A stretch of 62,630 bases of DNA, the filler included. It is 12 parts of 12 records of this genome, joined end to end, with 100 filler letters (N's around TTAATTAATTAA, not from the genome) between each part and the next. Parts side by side here need not be neighbours in the genome. Positions count along the whole stretch, not along the records: positions 1 to 4,121 come from SRR7504441_9975; positions 4,222 to 7,901 come from SRR7504441_9985; positions 8,002 to 12,155 come from SRR7504441_9989; 9 more parts are not named here. One strand, 5' to 3'. Shown here one piece after another: positions 1-11,800 of this stretch (within the stretch, counting starts at the first letter, position 1; the number at the start of each line of letters is the position of its first letter). Under the pieces are notes generated by a model. That model made no database searches. It saw only the letters and a list, made by a program, of their open reading frames with translations, and had not been told where the DNA came from. The position numbers were made by a program, and so were the translations under genes.

Positions 1-2
1 TG

Positions 3-1877
3 AATGCCGAGAGCGCGCACTTCCAGCGGCAGACAGACCTGGTGCACTCGAAGCTGATCAATGCCCAAGACAAGATCCGGACAGCCAAGGCAGTGATGAA
101 GTTTTCTGAATTCAAGCAGCAGCATGCTAAACTGGCCAAGGAGCAGGCCGAGATCGATGTGAACAAAGTAAAAACGATGGATCAGAAGCGGCTGAATCAG
201 TTGAGGCAGCGTGTGGCAGATGAGTCGCTCTCGCAGGCTGAGCTGGCCAATCAACATAGGTTCTCGTGGAAGGCTCAGAAGGAAGAGTGGGCTGCTCAGT
301 CCGCCCGGAAGAAAATGTCTCGTGCTAAGGTGGTGCTGACTGCAGCAAAGCTTGCAAAGGACGATGCTGCTCAAAGATTTGGTAAGGACTCAAAGGAGTA
401 CAGGGATGCGGACGATAACTTCAGCAAGGCAGCGGAAGCTAGCGAGCGAGTGAAGCGTGCATACGCCGAATATGCTCTCAGGGTCACCGGGAAGGCAAAC
501 AGCGGTGGGGTGACGGTGGAAACAAAGGGGGACAAAGTATTGGTTACAATGCCCAAAAACGCGACCAGCGGCGGAGCGGCGAGCCTAAAGGCTCCAGCAG
601 CAAAAGCTGCTGCTCAGGCAGCAAGTGCCGCTGTTGCCCAAAAGGCAAAGGACGAGAAAAGCATGAAGAAGGAAGACAAGGCCGTGAAAAAAGAGAAAAA
701 GAAAGCAGCTGCACTGAAAAAGAAGCTCAAGAAAGTAATGAAGAAGGACAAAAAGGATAAGAAGAAGCGCGAGCAGAAGAAGGTAGCCAAATTGGAAGCA
801 AAAGCAGAGAAGGCCAAACAAAAGGAGAAACTGGACGTGCAGAAAAAGAAAATAGAGAAGAAATCCCAGGCCAAAGCCAAGAAGAAGGAGAAGAAGGAGC
901 TGAAGAAGGCCGAGAAGAAAGACCAGAAGAAGTTTGCGGAGAAGAAGAAGATTCTGAAGGCCAAGGCAAAGGAACAAGTCAAGAAGGCCAAAGCAGATGC
1001 TAAGGCAGTCAAGAAGGAACTCAAGGCAGAGACCAAGAAGGAAGTGAAGAGGGAAAAGAAATTGGAAAAGCAGGAACAGAAAAGCATCAAGAAAGCTGAA
1101 AAAATGGCCAAGGACAGCGTCAGCAATTCAAAGAAGGCCGAAGCTCAGGCCTTGAATGATAAAGCCAAGAGGAAGCTGAAGCGTGCTGATAAGACAGCAG
1201 CTAAGGAGAAGAGGCGGACAAAAAGGAAGAAGGAGCGCAGCGAAGAGCGTGTAAAAAACCGAAAGATGCGAAAGGAGCAACGCAAGACAGCCAAGGCAGC
1301 AAAGAAGGCTGAACAGAAGGACAAGAAGAAGATGGCCAAGAAGGCCTCTGATGAAAAGGTGAAAGCACTTGAGAAAGAAATAAAGAAGCAAAAGTCAGTG
1401 GAGAAGGCTCTCAAGAACACAGTCAACACCACTTCCGAGCTTGTGAAAGAACGTACCAAAGCTCAGGTGGAGGCGCAGGCAGCATCTAATTTGAAGGCAG
1501 AGCATGTCAAACGCGCGCAGACGGAGGACGAGAAAGCGCACAAAGAAGCCTCACTAGCAGCCACAAAGGCCCTTAAAGCCGCCAAAGCGGTGAAGGCACA
1601 CCAAGCAAAGTTTGATAAAGAAATTGCCAAGGCTAAAGCAGCCATGGGCAAAGCACAAAGTGCCGGAGATTGGGAGGCTTACAAAGCAGCTGTAGTTGAC
1701 GTTGAGAAAGCGAAGCATAAGCGCAACGAAGTCAGTGAAAACTCGAAGCTGATGAACAAACAGGCAAACAAAGCAGACGCCACCGCAAAGGAGGCAAAAC
1801 GGAAATTAGTAAAATTGCAAGGTACCGGCGGAGCGCCAGCCAGCAACCAGACATTGCTTTTACTAGATCTGCATTAG
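3..1877 (+). CDS. Lys/Ala/Glu-rich low-complexity coiled-coil protein, 5' partial
   Basis: Frame is open from base 3 to TAG at 1875-1877, with strong purine bias and KEKK/AKAK-rich helical sequence, followed by an AT-rich spacer. Confidence 0.85.
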   Translation, partial: NAESAHFQRQTDLVHSKLINAQDKIRTAKAVMKFSEFKQQHAKLAKEQAEIDVNKVKTMDQKRLNQLRQRVADESLSQAELANQHRFSWKAQKEEWAAQSARKKMSRAKVVLTAAKLAKDDAAQRFGKDSKEYRDADDNFSKAAEASERVKRAYAEYALRVTGKANSGGVTVETKGDKVLVTMPKNATSGGAASLKAPAAKAAAQAASAAVAQKAKDEKSMKKEDKAVKKEKKKAAALKKKLKKVMKKDKKDKKKREQKKVAKLEAKAEKAKQKEKLDVQKKKIEKKSQAKAKKKEKKELKKAEKKDQKKFAEKKKILKAKAKEQVKKAKADAKAVKKELKAETKKEVKREKKLEKQEQKSIKKAEKMAKDSVSNSKKAEAQALNDKAKRKLKRADKTAAKEKRRTKRKKERSEERVKNRKMRKEQRKTAKAAKKAEQKDKKKMAKKASDEKVKALEKEIKKQKSVEKALKNTVNTTSELVKERTKAQVEAQAASNLKAEHVKRAQTEDEKAHKEASLAATKALKAAKAVKAHQAKFDKEIAKAKAAMGKAQSAGDWEAYKAAVVDVEKAKHKRNEVSENSKLMNKQANKADATAKEAKRKLVKLQGTGGAPASNQTLLLLDLH

Positions 1878-2088
1878 CTAGACTTTGAATTACTTTGGAT
1901 GGAATTGTTTCATATAAATACAGACCATAGATAAACAAAGATGGGAGCCTTAGTGCACTACTCGATGTTGGCATTGCATACGAGATCCACATTTTATACA
2001 CGTTTTAGAGAATTGATTTAATAGGTGATTAGTGATCTACTAACTTAGTTAGAGACCTAGTTGTTTAGGATGAGAGTGCACCGGGGCT

Positions 2089-3946
2089 TTATCTAGGGGT
2101 TAGAGCTGAGACTACAAACACTGCGGAGACCAGTACTGAAACAACGCCGGCAGCAATGTCTATTGTTGACATCTTATCTGCAGTAGATCTTTGAGGTTGC
2201 AGCTTGAGCCAATCCTTCTCACGATCTTGCATCCCCGGATCCCACCCAATCACCTCCAAGGATTGCAGCGCTCGTGGCACCTCGACACCCGCCTGCTTGA
2301 GCTCGTCGACCAAAACATCGCGGGCAACTGGCCCGCTCGGAGCGCCACGCTCCAACCGCCACACCTCACGCAACCTTGATCCCTACAGGAGGGCGAGATC
2401 AGAGGCCAGCAAGCCCAGGCAAACAAAAAGACTGTACAGAGGCAGATAGGGAGCTAGAAACAGGACAATCAGAGAGAGGCACCTGCAGACTCAGTTCCGA
2501 GCAGAGCGCAGCGGCAGCTATGCTCGGATCCTTGCGATTCGTAGCCTGAGCCCATGAGGTCTGCTCTTCGAACAGCCACCCGCTCTTCGATCTACAGATC
2601 CGCGTCACCAGAGCTGAGTCGCTCAGCGGACCCATCAGCAGTTCAAGGGAGCGCTCCACAGTCCCAGGCGGCACACGGCCGGCCACAAGAAGAACTAAAG
2701 CATCAGTCACAACTGATTCACCCACTGGCAGCTTGTTGCACAAACTCATGATCTCAGATTGTGAGCGTGCGTTCGGATCGTGCCCGCGGAGATCGTCCGC
2801 AAACCATCGAAACAACGACAAGCCATCGAAATAAGCACTGCGGCGCGAGGTGAACACGCTGCCATCGCCCACTGCCGCCGCCCTAGTTCGCAGTATACGC
2901 GCATCTCCGGCTCTATCCAGCCCATGCTCTTGACGGCTGGGATCAGCAAACTCGCCAAACGACTCGAACTCGCCTTTCGCGCTGACGATTCGCTCTGGCT
3001 CTCGGCATTTGCTCACCACAGCACCGGTCTTGTGATCGAGCCCAGGTAGCCAGCACAGCTCACTGTCGCCACGCACAAAGCAAGACTGGTGTGGCTGCCA
3101 AGAGAAGATCCAGAACGACTCGCTCTCCCGTATTTCGAGGTCGCGGAGGTGATCAACCCCGGTCCGTAACGCAGTCGAATAGAGTGCTGTCAGCCCCAAC
3201 AAACTAGCGGCGAGCACGGCACCGGCTAGCTTAGGCCAAGGATGACCAGGGATCCCAAGAACGAGAGGTTTGACTGCGGTCTGGATGAGCAGCCCGCTCG
3301 CGAACCCGGTAACTGCAAGGGCTGGGAACATGAGTTCGTTGAAACATACGTGCCAGATGAAGCGATACAGTTCGCCATCAAAATACGCCGAGGTTGCTGC
3401 AACGTGTGATTCGGGCCACACAAGGGCCCAGCTCGCAGGGTAACTGAACGGGGCCACAATCGCGGTCAGAGTGCCGATAAGAGGCCCGATCAGCGGGACC
3501 GGTCCAGCCCGGAGCTCAGTCAGCGGGACCGGTCCGCCAGCGCCCAGGTCAGCTGCAGCGTACACAGCAGCGGCAGTCATCCCGTTGCCCACTGCGAAGG
3601 GTAGGAGAAGCGGGGCGTAGTAGAAGGCATTCGGCATCAGAGTCATGGCGCTGAAATACAGCATCGAGGAGCCGCCGGTGATGGCAAGCCGTGTCGCCGG
3701 GTCGGTCCACGAGAACACGATCTGGTTGAGCGCTATGACCGGAAATGCGGGAGTCATCAGCGCTGTCGCCGACCCCACCAGGCTTGCGCGGACTGCGAGC
3801 GGTGGCTGGGTCACTGGAGCGGCAGTTGATGAGCGGCCAGCAGCAGTGCTCATCATGCGGAGTCGGCCGAATGCGATTTGGCGCCCCGCAGCTGTCAGCA
3901 AACGGTGCCCCACGGCAGTCCTGCCGACTGCTGCGCAAGGCAGCAT
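2089..3946 (-). CDS. Multi-pass membrane protein, probably mitochondrion-targeted
   Basis: Arg/Ala/Ser-rich N-terminus lacking acidic residues and several Gly-rich hydrophobic segments. GT-AG intron 2383-2482 joins LSLQ|GSRLREVW in frame to the 2089-2373 ORF, which ends in a hydrophobic tail. Confidence 0.7.
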
Positions 3947-4121
3947 TTCCCTCCACAGAGCCGGAGCCGTCCTGCCGGCCTGGCAGCTGGCAGTCGAAGG
4001 CGCAACTCTGCGCGGTAGGCTTGTCTGTATTCTGCCGTTGGACCGTTGGACGGCAATGTGTTTTACGTTTAATTTTCTATACCAAGTACGCTCTATCCGG
4101 GGCTCCTGGATTCTACCGTGG

Positions 4122-4221
4122 NNNNNNNNNNNNNNNNNNNNNNNNNNNNNNNNNNNNNNNNNNNNTTAATTAATTAANNNNNNNNNNNNNNNNNNNNNNN
4201 NNNNNNNNNNNNNNNNNNNNN
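4122..4221. other. Artificial contig spacer (first of 11)
   Basis: 44 N + TTAATTAATTAA (stops in all six frames) + 44 N. Identical spacers at 7902-8001, 12156-12255, 17934-18033, 22293-22392, 27362-27461, 31349-31448, 35533-35632, 45544-45643, 53493-53592 and 56747-56846. Confidence 0.99.
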
Positions 4222-4224
4222 CCG

Positions 4225-7200
4225 ATGCGCCCGGACGTTGACTCCAAGATGGTGGCCTGGCTAAACAACACTGATGTACACGTGCAGCCTGATAGCGAGA
4301 AACCGCCGCCTGCTGTGAGCTCTGAGGAACTAGCTGGGCTGGTCTCAAAGCTCAAGCACGTGCTCGAACGGGAGGAAATGACCCAGACCCAGCTGGCCAA
4401 CGAGCTGCGGGTGTGGCCAGCCTCGATCTCGGTCTGGCTCAAGGGCAAGTCGACCAATGTACACCTGACGCACGACATTGCCACCTGGCTCAAGCACTGC
4501 GATGACCCAGTCGCCCGCAAAGCGTGCTTTGCGCGCAAGACAGGCAATGCGCAGCTTCGTAAGGCTCTGAAGCGGCCGGCCAAGACTGCGGTGGTCGGTG
4601 TGCGGTTCATGAACGCAAGTTGGAGGGAAGTGGCCCGTGCGTGTGAGGCGCTGAACAGTGATGCGACCAACATGGAGCGGCTCGAGACGATTCTTGGGCT
4701 AATTAGTCCACTCAAGGGCATGGAGCGCAAATTGGATGCGGTCAGCCAGCAGGATCTCGGCGAGATGTCCAAAGTTTTGCATAGCTTCCAGAGTAGCTTT
4801 GACGACACCACAGTGCTGGACGAGCAGCTGTCACTGAGGCTCGGGCTGCGGGGCACGTGGTCAATGGATGCAGCCTGCGCCTTGGCCATGGGTCGAATGC
4901 TGCTGCTTGGGGGGTCGCGGCTATACAGGGCAATGCTAGACAAGGAGCAGCCGAGCTACTGGCAGACCTTTGCCAGTGTGCTGGCAGGGCTGTCCAAAAT
5001 GCTCGATTATCCAGAGCAAGATATGAGCAGTCACGACACAGGCCAGCTCGTGATGTCTCGCGTGTTTGCCGCGACCACAGCATTGCGAGGCTTGTGCCAG
5101 GGTGCACAGGAATGCAAACGTGTGGCTAAGCAGGTGGTCAGCAGAGGAGTGCGCTTTGTGGACCATTGGCAGCGTATCCGCCTAGCAGAGACCCCGGCAG
5201 CGGATTCCACTCTGACTTTATTTCTCACCCTGCTGAACGAAAATAGCGACGGCAGTGCAGACAGTGTGGCCGCGACCAAGACGCTGATGCAGAAAGCAGG
5301 AGCTCTTCGCGTGCTACAAGAGCTGCAGAGTTCACTTGGGAAAATAGTGCCCAAGAAACGGTCGCAACTATACGACAGCTATACCAAGGTAATCAAACGC
5401 GCCACAGAGATCTGCGACATGCTCAGTATGACGTGCCTCGAAGAAGATTCGGAGGAAGCAGGAAACGATGAGTGGGATATGTGCAAAGAGGGCGACTCAA
5501 TGAGGCAGTGGTGCCAGGACGTCAGGGAATACATTGAGAAGGTGTCACGAGGTTTGAGCAGCGAAGATGGGAGTGAAAGCCTCGTGACTTCTGACCCAGA
5601 GGGTAAGCTGGCTGAGTGCTGTTCCCAGCTGAACAGCAGCATCAACGCTGTGATGGAGGCTCTGCCAGAAATGGGTGGCTCCTGCGATGACACACAGGAC
5701 GCCATGCTTGCGATGGGCTTCTTGCAGGTGAAAATAAAGCACACAGAATTGTACGCCGGCTCACTTGGTTGTTGCTTTAGGTGCATCGACAAATGCGCAA
5801 CTTTCGTGCCAGTCTAGCCGCACAAGCAGCTTCTCCAGTAGCTGCATTGGCCCAGGGCCTGGATATTGCCCAGCAGCTGATGTCGTTGAGGGACTCCTGT
5901 CGTACAATCAAGCAGCATCACCACGACAACATGAGCATCCTTTCACGGGACAAACAGCATGCGAATGCGGTACACCAACTTACTTTGGACAGGAAGGATG
6001 AGGACCAAGGCCGTGACAAGCGATCTGCAGATGCCAAAAGTCGACTGGAAAAGATGAAGATACGTGAGGCCGAGCTGGAGGAGGAGTTAGAAAAGCTGCG
6101 CGACGAGATTGAGACAGAGGAGACGATTATGGAAGATCTGATTCAGCTCAAGACTGCAACGCAGCAGGTGGCAGAGGAATCTGAGCAGGAGAGGAGCACA
6201 ATGGTCTCCCGACTGGAAAAAATGGAGCACACTGCTCAGATGGTCGGCCATCTATCGACATACATTGACATGACCAGCGAGCAAGTGGAAAACCAGTACC
6301 TAGAACAGACTCAGAAGGGCCTGCAGAAGTATCACGCGTGGGCACGCTCTGTGCTCGATTGCATGGGTGGGAAGAGGCCAGCAGGTTCCGGTCGTAGTAG
6401 TGTGTATAAGCGGCAATGCGTGCCAACAATGGATGAGAGAGATCAAGATAAGGTCAGGTGCCAAGCAGTCAAGCTGCTTGAGCAGCTCAAGATGTTCCGC
6501 AGCAGCTGTGCTCCGGCTGTGATGAATCAGCTGCAGGAGCAATTACACGAGCTTGAAGGTCTGTGCAGGCAGATTCGTGGCAACAAAAGCCTGTGCAAGG
6601 AGTACAAAGGCGCACAGACTGCAAATGCAATCTTTGCTGGCAGCTGTGTCGAAAAGCATGCCGTGCCGGCCTGGCATGTAGAGCAGCCACAACGGACTCA
6701 GACCATTGAGGCGCGGGTGAGGGAGATTGCTGAGCTGAAAGGCAACAAAATTGGACTTTGTGAGGCTAGCGTGGCGCCTGATGTTGCCCAATACCTGAGC
6801 CTAGTCCACCAGCCAGGGTACCTTCACTTCCTCATGGCACGAACCAAAGAGGCTCAGAAGAGTGAGCAAGAGTTCATGGAGCTGCACACCGATGGCAGCG
6901 ATTTCGACACATTCATCTCACCAGACACCTACGATGCGGCGCTAGCTTCAGCAAGTGTTGTGTGCAAAGGCATTGAGCAAGTGCTCAATGGGGAGACCCC
7001 GAACGTGTTCTGCTGCATTAGGCCACCCGGGCATCATGCAGGCCGCAGCGGTGGGGCTCTGGGCGAGTGTTCGCAGGGTGGGTAGCTTGATTGGCTGGTC
7101 TCTGATTGCGGGCAGGTTTCTGCCTGATCAACAATGTATGTGTCGGTGCAGCTTATGCTCGGGTGCATCATCAAGTGCAGCGGATCTGTATCATTGACAT

Positions 7201-7901
7201 TGACGTACACCATGGAAACGGAACCGAGGAGATTGTGCAAGGGGATGCTGAGACTCTTTTCCTGTCAGTGCACCAGTATGGCAAAGACTTTTTCCCAAAA
7301 TACTGTGGTTGCAGCACACATGGACTCGAAGGAAATGTGCCTGCCCCTGATCTGCAACCATTCTGATTGAGGGCCAGGTGATGAATGTCGGCCTGCCTGA
7401 GGACTTCGGCTCCGTCGAATTCAGGGCTGCAATTGAGCAATTCAGTGAACAGATCGACATTTTTAAGCCACAGCTGCTGATGATCTCAGCTGGGTTTGAT
7501 GGGCACGTCCAGGACCCGATTGGGGGGGCCAACCTCAAGGAAGAAGACTACTTCTGGGCAACTCAAAAGCTGCAGGTGTCGACCACTTGCGCCTGGGTTG
7601 TCTGAGTCGCGGCAGGCTGCGGCCAAACGGAGCTGTGCCGGCCGGATCGTGAGTGTGCTCGAAGGAGGCTATGACATCCCCGCACTCGGCAACTGTGCTG
7701 TATCACACGTGTGTGCGCTGGCTGGTCGGGCGTTCCCAGACAACTTGGAAGAGTACAACAAGGTTGTTCGACAGGGCGGGCAGGCAACTGGCCTGGATTA
7801 AGGCTGGCAATTTAGACGAGTGGCAGGCCAATCAAGGCAAGCTTATAGAGTCGGTGCGGTCGTTTATGCTGTCGAACGGGCTGACTCAATCCAAGCTGGC
7901 C
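4225..7901 (+). CDS. Class II-type histone deacetylase with HTH-like domains and coiled coil, 3' partial
   Basis: RPPGHHA, GFCLINNV, DIDVHHGNGT, ISAGFDGH and VLEGGY are all present after removing introns 5728-5780, 7078-7115, 7337-7377, 7576-7615 and probably 7763-7802. Confidence 0.9.
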
Positions 7902-8003
7902 NNNNNNNNNNNNNNNNNNNNNNNNNNNNNNNNNNNNNNNNNNNNTTAATTAATTAANNNNNNNNNNNNNNNNNNNNNNNNNNNNNNNNNNNNNNNNNNN
8001 NGG

Positions 8004-8746
8004 CCTGAGGCGAGGTTCAGAGACAAAAACACCGGCCGACGGCAGACGCTCCAGGAATACATGGCCGCCGAGCCCCCGGGCTATCTGTTTGAATTCCTGG
8101 GCCACCGCGGCGACGCAAAGGACCGGCACCAGGCGCTCCGACAGCGGGTGCGGCAAGGGCTCGGGCCGGCGCCCGAGTTCGGGGCGCCCGAGCGGGACCT
8201 GTTCGAGAGACCTAGGTACACCCAGCGCGACTTTGAGCTGGAGCAAAAGCCGGAGAACCATTGGCTGCTGGTCGGGCGAGAAGGGTGGGACCGCCGCCCC
8301 ACGGGTCTGACGGGCGTGGCAGGACCGGCAGCACCCTGCATGTGGACCCCAACGGCACGAGCGCCTGGAACACGCTGCTGTGCGGGCACAAGCTGTGGAC
8401 GCTCGTCCCACCCTGCCAGGCCACCGCAGGGCTATGGGACGCACCGGAGAACCTGGTCAGCCCGAGCATGTGCGGCAAGGCCCAGCTCGAAGTGGTTGCT
8501 CGGGCGCGGCTCGGGCCGGATGGGCCGTCGGAGAGCATCGAAGTGATCCAATTCGAGCAGAAGCCTGGCGAGACTGTGTTCCTGCCGAGGGGCTGGGCAC
8601 ATGCGGTGACTAATTTGGACACAACGATAGCGGTCACGGGAAATTACGCCCCGGCTGAGGACATCGAGCATGTGCTGGGTGTGATGGAGCTGTACGGAGG
8701 CGAGCCGTATAGAGATTACTGGCGCGTGCGTTTCAGTGAAACATGA
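8004..8746 (+). CDS. JmjC-domain oxygenase (JMJD6/JMJD4-like), 5' partial
   Basis: GSTLHVDPNGTSAWNTLLCGHKLW and QKPGETVFLPRGWAHAVTNLD give the HxD...H facial triad. Intron 8285-8322. Confidence 0.9.
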
Positions 8747-8803
8747 TACATTTTAATGTTGGTAATGTCAGTACGAGTAGATCTATTGTAAATGGTCACA
8801 CGT

Positions 8804-11800
8804 CTATAATTGTTCTGTGGCAATATGTAAGCTGCTAAGTTTAGGATCCGAAGCAATGCTCTCGACCCTGGGGAGGTTGGCTGTATTGTGGTTTGCATGG
8901 CCAAACCACGCACGGTCTTTGTGCGCTCGGGCGCACTCCTTGCTGAGCTTGACCATTAGTCTAGCCATAAAGATTGCTTTTCGCCACAGCCAAAGCCTTC
9001 GCGCGCGCAGGTATTGTTCCAGATTGGCTTCATACAACATCATAGAGTGCGCAGTAGGGTCGGTCCGTCCGGTAAGTTCCATTGCCGACGGCCGCCCAAT
9101 CACGTGCCCACCCGACTTCACAGCAACGTGGTTACCAGCGTGGTGGTAAATGGCCTGGCCACAGTAACAGCGTGGCGTGCAGCTCGCAAGGTCGCACGCC
9201 AGGAAGCCCGGCACTGAAGGCACCTAACCCATACCGATCAGTAAGAACCGCAGGCCGCCAGCTCACCGGGTCTCCTTCGTTAACTACTCTCCAGTAGTGC
9301 GGCAATAAGTGGTTCACCAGGCGAGAGAAGGCGAGGTTGCCGACCCGTGGCTGCCCGAATGTAATTAATTTGATGGGTGGTGCGTCCTCGAGCTCCGCTC
9401 GATCCAACAGGGCTAAGCTCAACCCGAAAGCGGCCAGCACAGCTAAAGCCCCGCCAAGCGAGTGCCCGCTGAGCATCACATGCGCCGACTCCGAGAGCAT
9501 CTGCATGAGCACAGGCATATCTGACAGCTTCGCACGCAGCGCATCGTTTATGACTAAGAAACCTCGGTGCACCAGCAGCTCGGTGGACCGGTCGATCGCT
9601 CCAGCTCGCTCCAGCTTCCGGGCAGCGTTTGGGTAGCGATCCCACAACGGAAAAACCTCCTGTGCTGAGTCGAGATCGGACATCGCATTTTTAAAGCTGT
9701 TGGTCCCTCGGTAGCACAGATGCATGCACTTGCGCCGGCTCCCCGAGTCGAACCTGGAAGCCACGGTTTGCTCGATCACACTGCACACCCGGCCGGTCAA
9801 GAGCCCGCATCCAGGCTCTTCACCCCAAGTGAGCATCGCTCTCGTCGTCGTTGACGAAGTGCTTGAGACCAGCCCCCTTGAGCCAGTTGACTTTGGTTGA
9901 CAGATCTCTCTGCTCAAGCAGTCGCATCTTGCCCTCGGCGTGCCACCGCTCTCGGAGCCTCAAACTGTTGGTTGCACCGTGTTCCATTAGTTGGTGGTAC
10001 TCATCGTCGCATATGAAGTCATTGTATACCTCGGAGCAGGCTCGCGCCGCCCCTCTGACCTCGACTGGATCGAATTGTATCTCACGAGCCTGATGCTCGG
10101 GCTCGTCGTCCGAGATCGCGCATAACTGCAAGTGCCGCCTCAGCAAAAAAGCACAGGCGTCTGACCTTGTAGCCAGCATCTGCCTCAGGATTTCTCTCCC
10201 TCCGGGCCCTGAGCCCAGACCGTATGGGAAAGTACTGTGAATACGAGCTGTAGTGTATGTCCTTGATCCTAAGAGCGGTGAACAAGAGCCAGCGCTTGTG
10301 TAGGCACCTGACAGTGGGCACCTCTTCGTGATGTCCAGGCAGGTTTCGGTTGATAATGCTCCTTGCACTTGGCAACGCTCCCTCCATGTCCGGGACAGGA
10401 ATCATCACGATGACAACTGCAGCAGCAGTAACAAACGTCATCGTGATGCACCAAGCAACGAAGGTCCTACCTGTCCATGAAAAGAACTGCAGCAGCAACG
10501 AAGGTCCTACCTGCAGGCTGGAATTAGCACGACTGTTACTGTGTATCAGATTGCCTGGTACACGACGTTGCCAGAGTTGATCCAGCTCATCACAGGGAAC
10601 CACTCGTCATTGGCAATAGTGCACCTAACCCAAACCAATCAACAAGCGCCACAGGCCGCCAGCTCACAAGTGAACGACTTCGATGATGATAAATTGAACA
10701 TAGAACCCTAGCACTGCTTTCCAGTAAAACCTTTGCAGGATCAACCAGTCGCGGTAGAAGATATATTCGGTGCTGTGAGCATTTAGCACAGAGTCTTGAT
10801 CCTCCAAGTTCATTCGCACCACGAGCGCATAACCAATGAGGACCCAGAGTATCATAACCAACCAGAGCTGCACAGGGCACAGTTTAATGGCTGGCTGGGC
10901 AGCCCGGTACCGGCCACTGGCCTGCCTCAAGCAGGGACGTGTCAGATCGGTACATGGCTGGGAAAAAGATATCGTCCCACATGCTATCGGCAAACATAAA
11001 CAAGATGGTGACCCGTAGGGCAAACAGCACTGCGGGCGCCCCAATACTGAACAGCGCAAGCTTGACGCTCTGCAGGAATGAAGTTGAATCTGCCCCACAC
11101 CGTCAGGTCCAGATCAACTCTGGCGAGGCACAGCTTCGTGGTATGTTGAGCATGTACGCAACGGATCCTAAGAAGGTGCCCGCGACTAAGATCACGAAGG
11201 TGGCGTAGATCTCCCAAGTACCTGCGAACGGAAGGACTATTGTAGAGACTCCATTCAAGATCGCCACAAACATCAGCACCGAGATGTGGGTATCGGCAGA
11301 TGTTTTCTTCCCAGTGGTGAGCCTTGAGAACTTCCTATCATGGTGCTGCCCGAGGCACATTCGGAAGAATACCATCAGTCCGACTTTGGTCACAAACAGC
11401 GTGAATGTGACAAATACTGCCGCCCCCAGCGTAGCGATGGTGGCCAACGCTACGTGTGAGTTCATCTGCGTACATTCCATCGTTAGCCCGGCCTTGCCAT
11501 TGATCGCGACTTGGTTGTACAAGGTGATCTTCAGCCTAAGCTCGTCGGCATCGTAGCGGCGCAGCACGTAAAATAAACGCCGACCGTAGAAATAGCCGAT
11601 TCCGGTATCAAACTCCCGGAGCGCTATGCCCTGGCGATACACCGTCGCCTCAACCTTGCGGAGCACTTTGGTCCCCGAGGGTGGCCCTTCTGAGCACTGC
11701 GACGAATGGCATGCGGTCACGCATCGCGCGTTGCCCCGGAGTGAAAAGGAGCCGCCGGTTATGCTGGTGCTGTCCGAGAACTCGACCCAGGTGGACTGGT

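Noticed and set aside
3-1877. Histone H1 or TolA
   Set aside because: The resemblance is compositional only; no globular H1 domain or TolA anchor is visible.
4166-4177. Recurrent TTAATTAATTAA as a biological repeat or CRISPR-like element
   Set aside because: Always centred in a 100-nt N block, so it is a concatenation linker.
7078-7802. Programmed frameshifting or pseudogenisation in the HDAC and other broken ORFs
   Set aside because: Short GT/GC-AG introns restore the frames and conserved motifs exactly.
9224-9230. GGGTTAG intron end as telomeric sequence
   Set aside because: A single 7-nt match that includes the obligatory AG, with no array.
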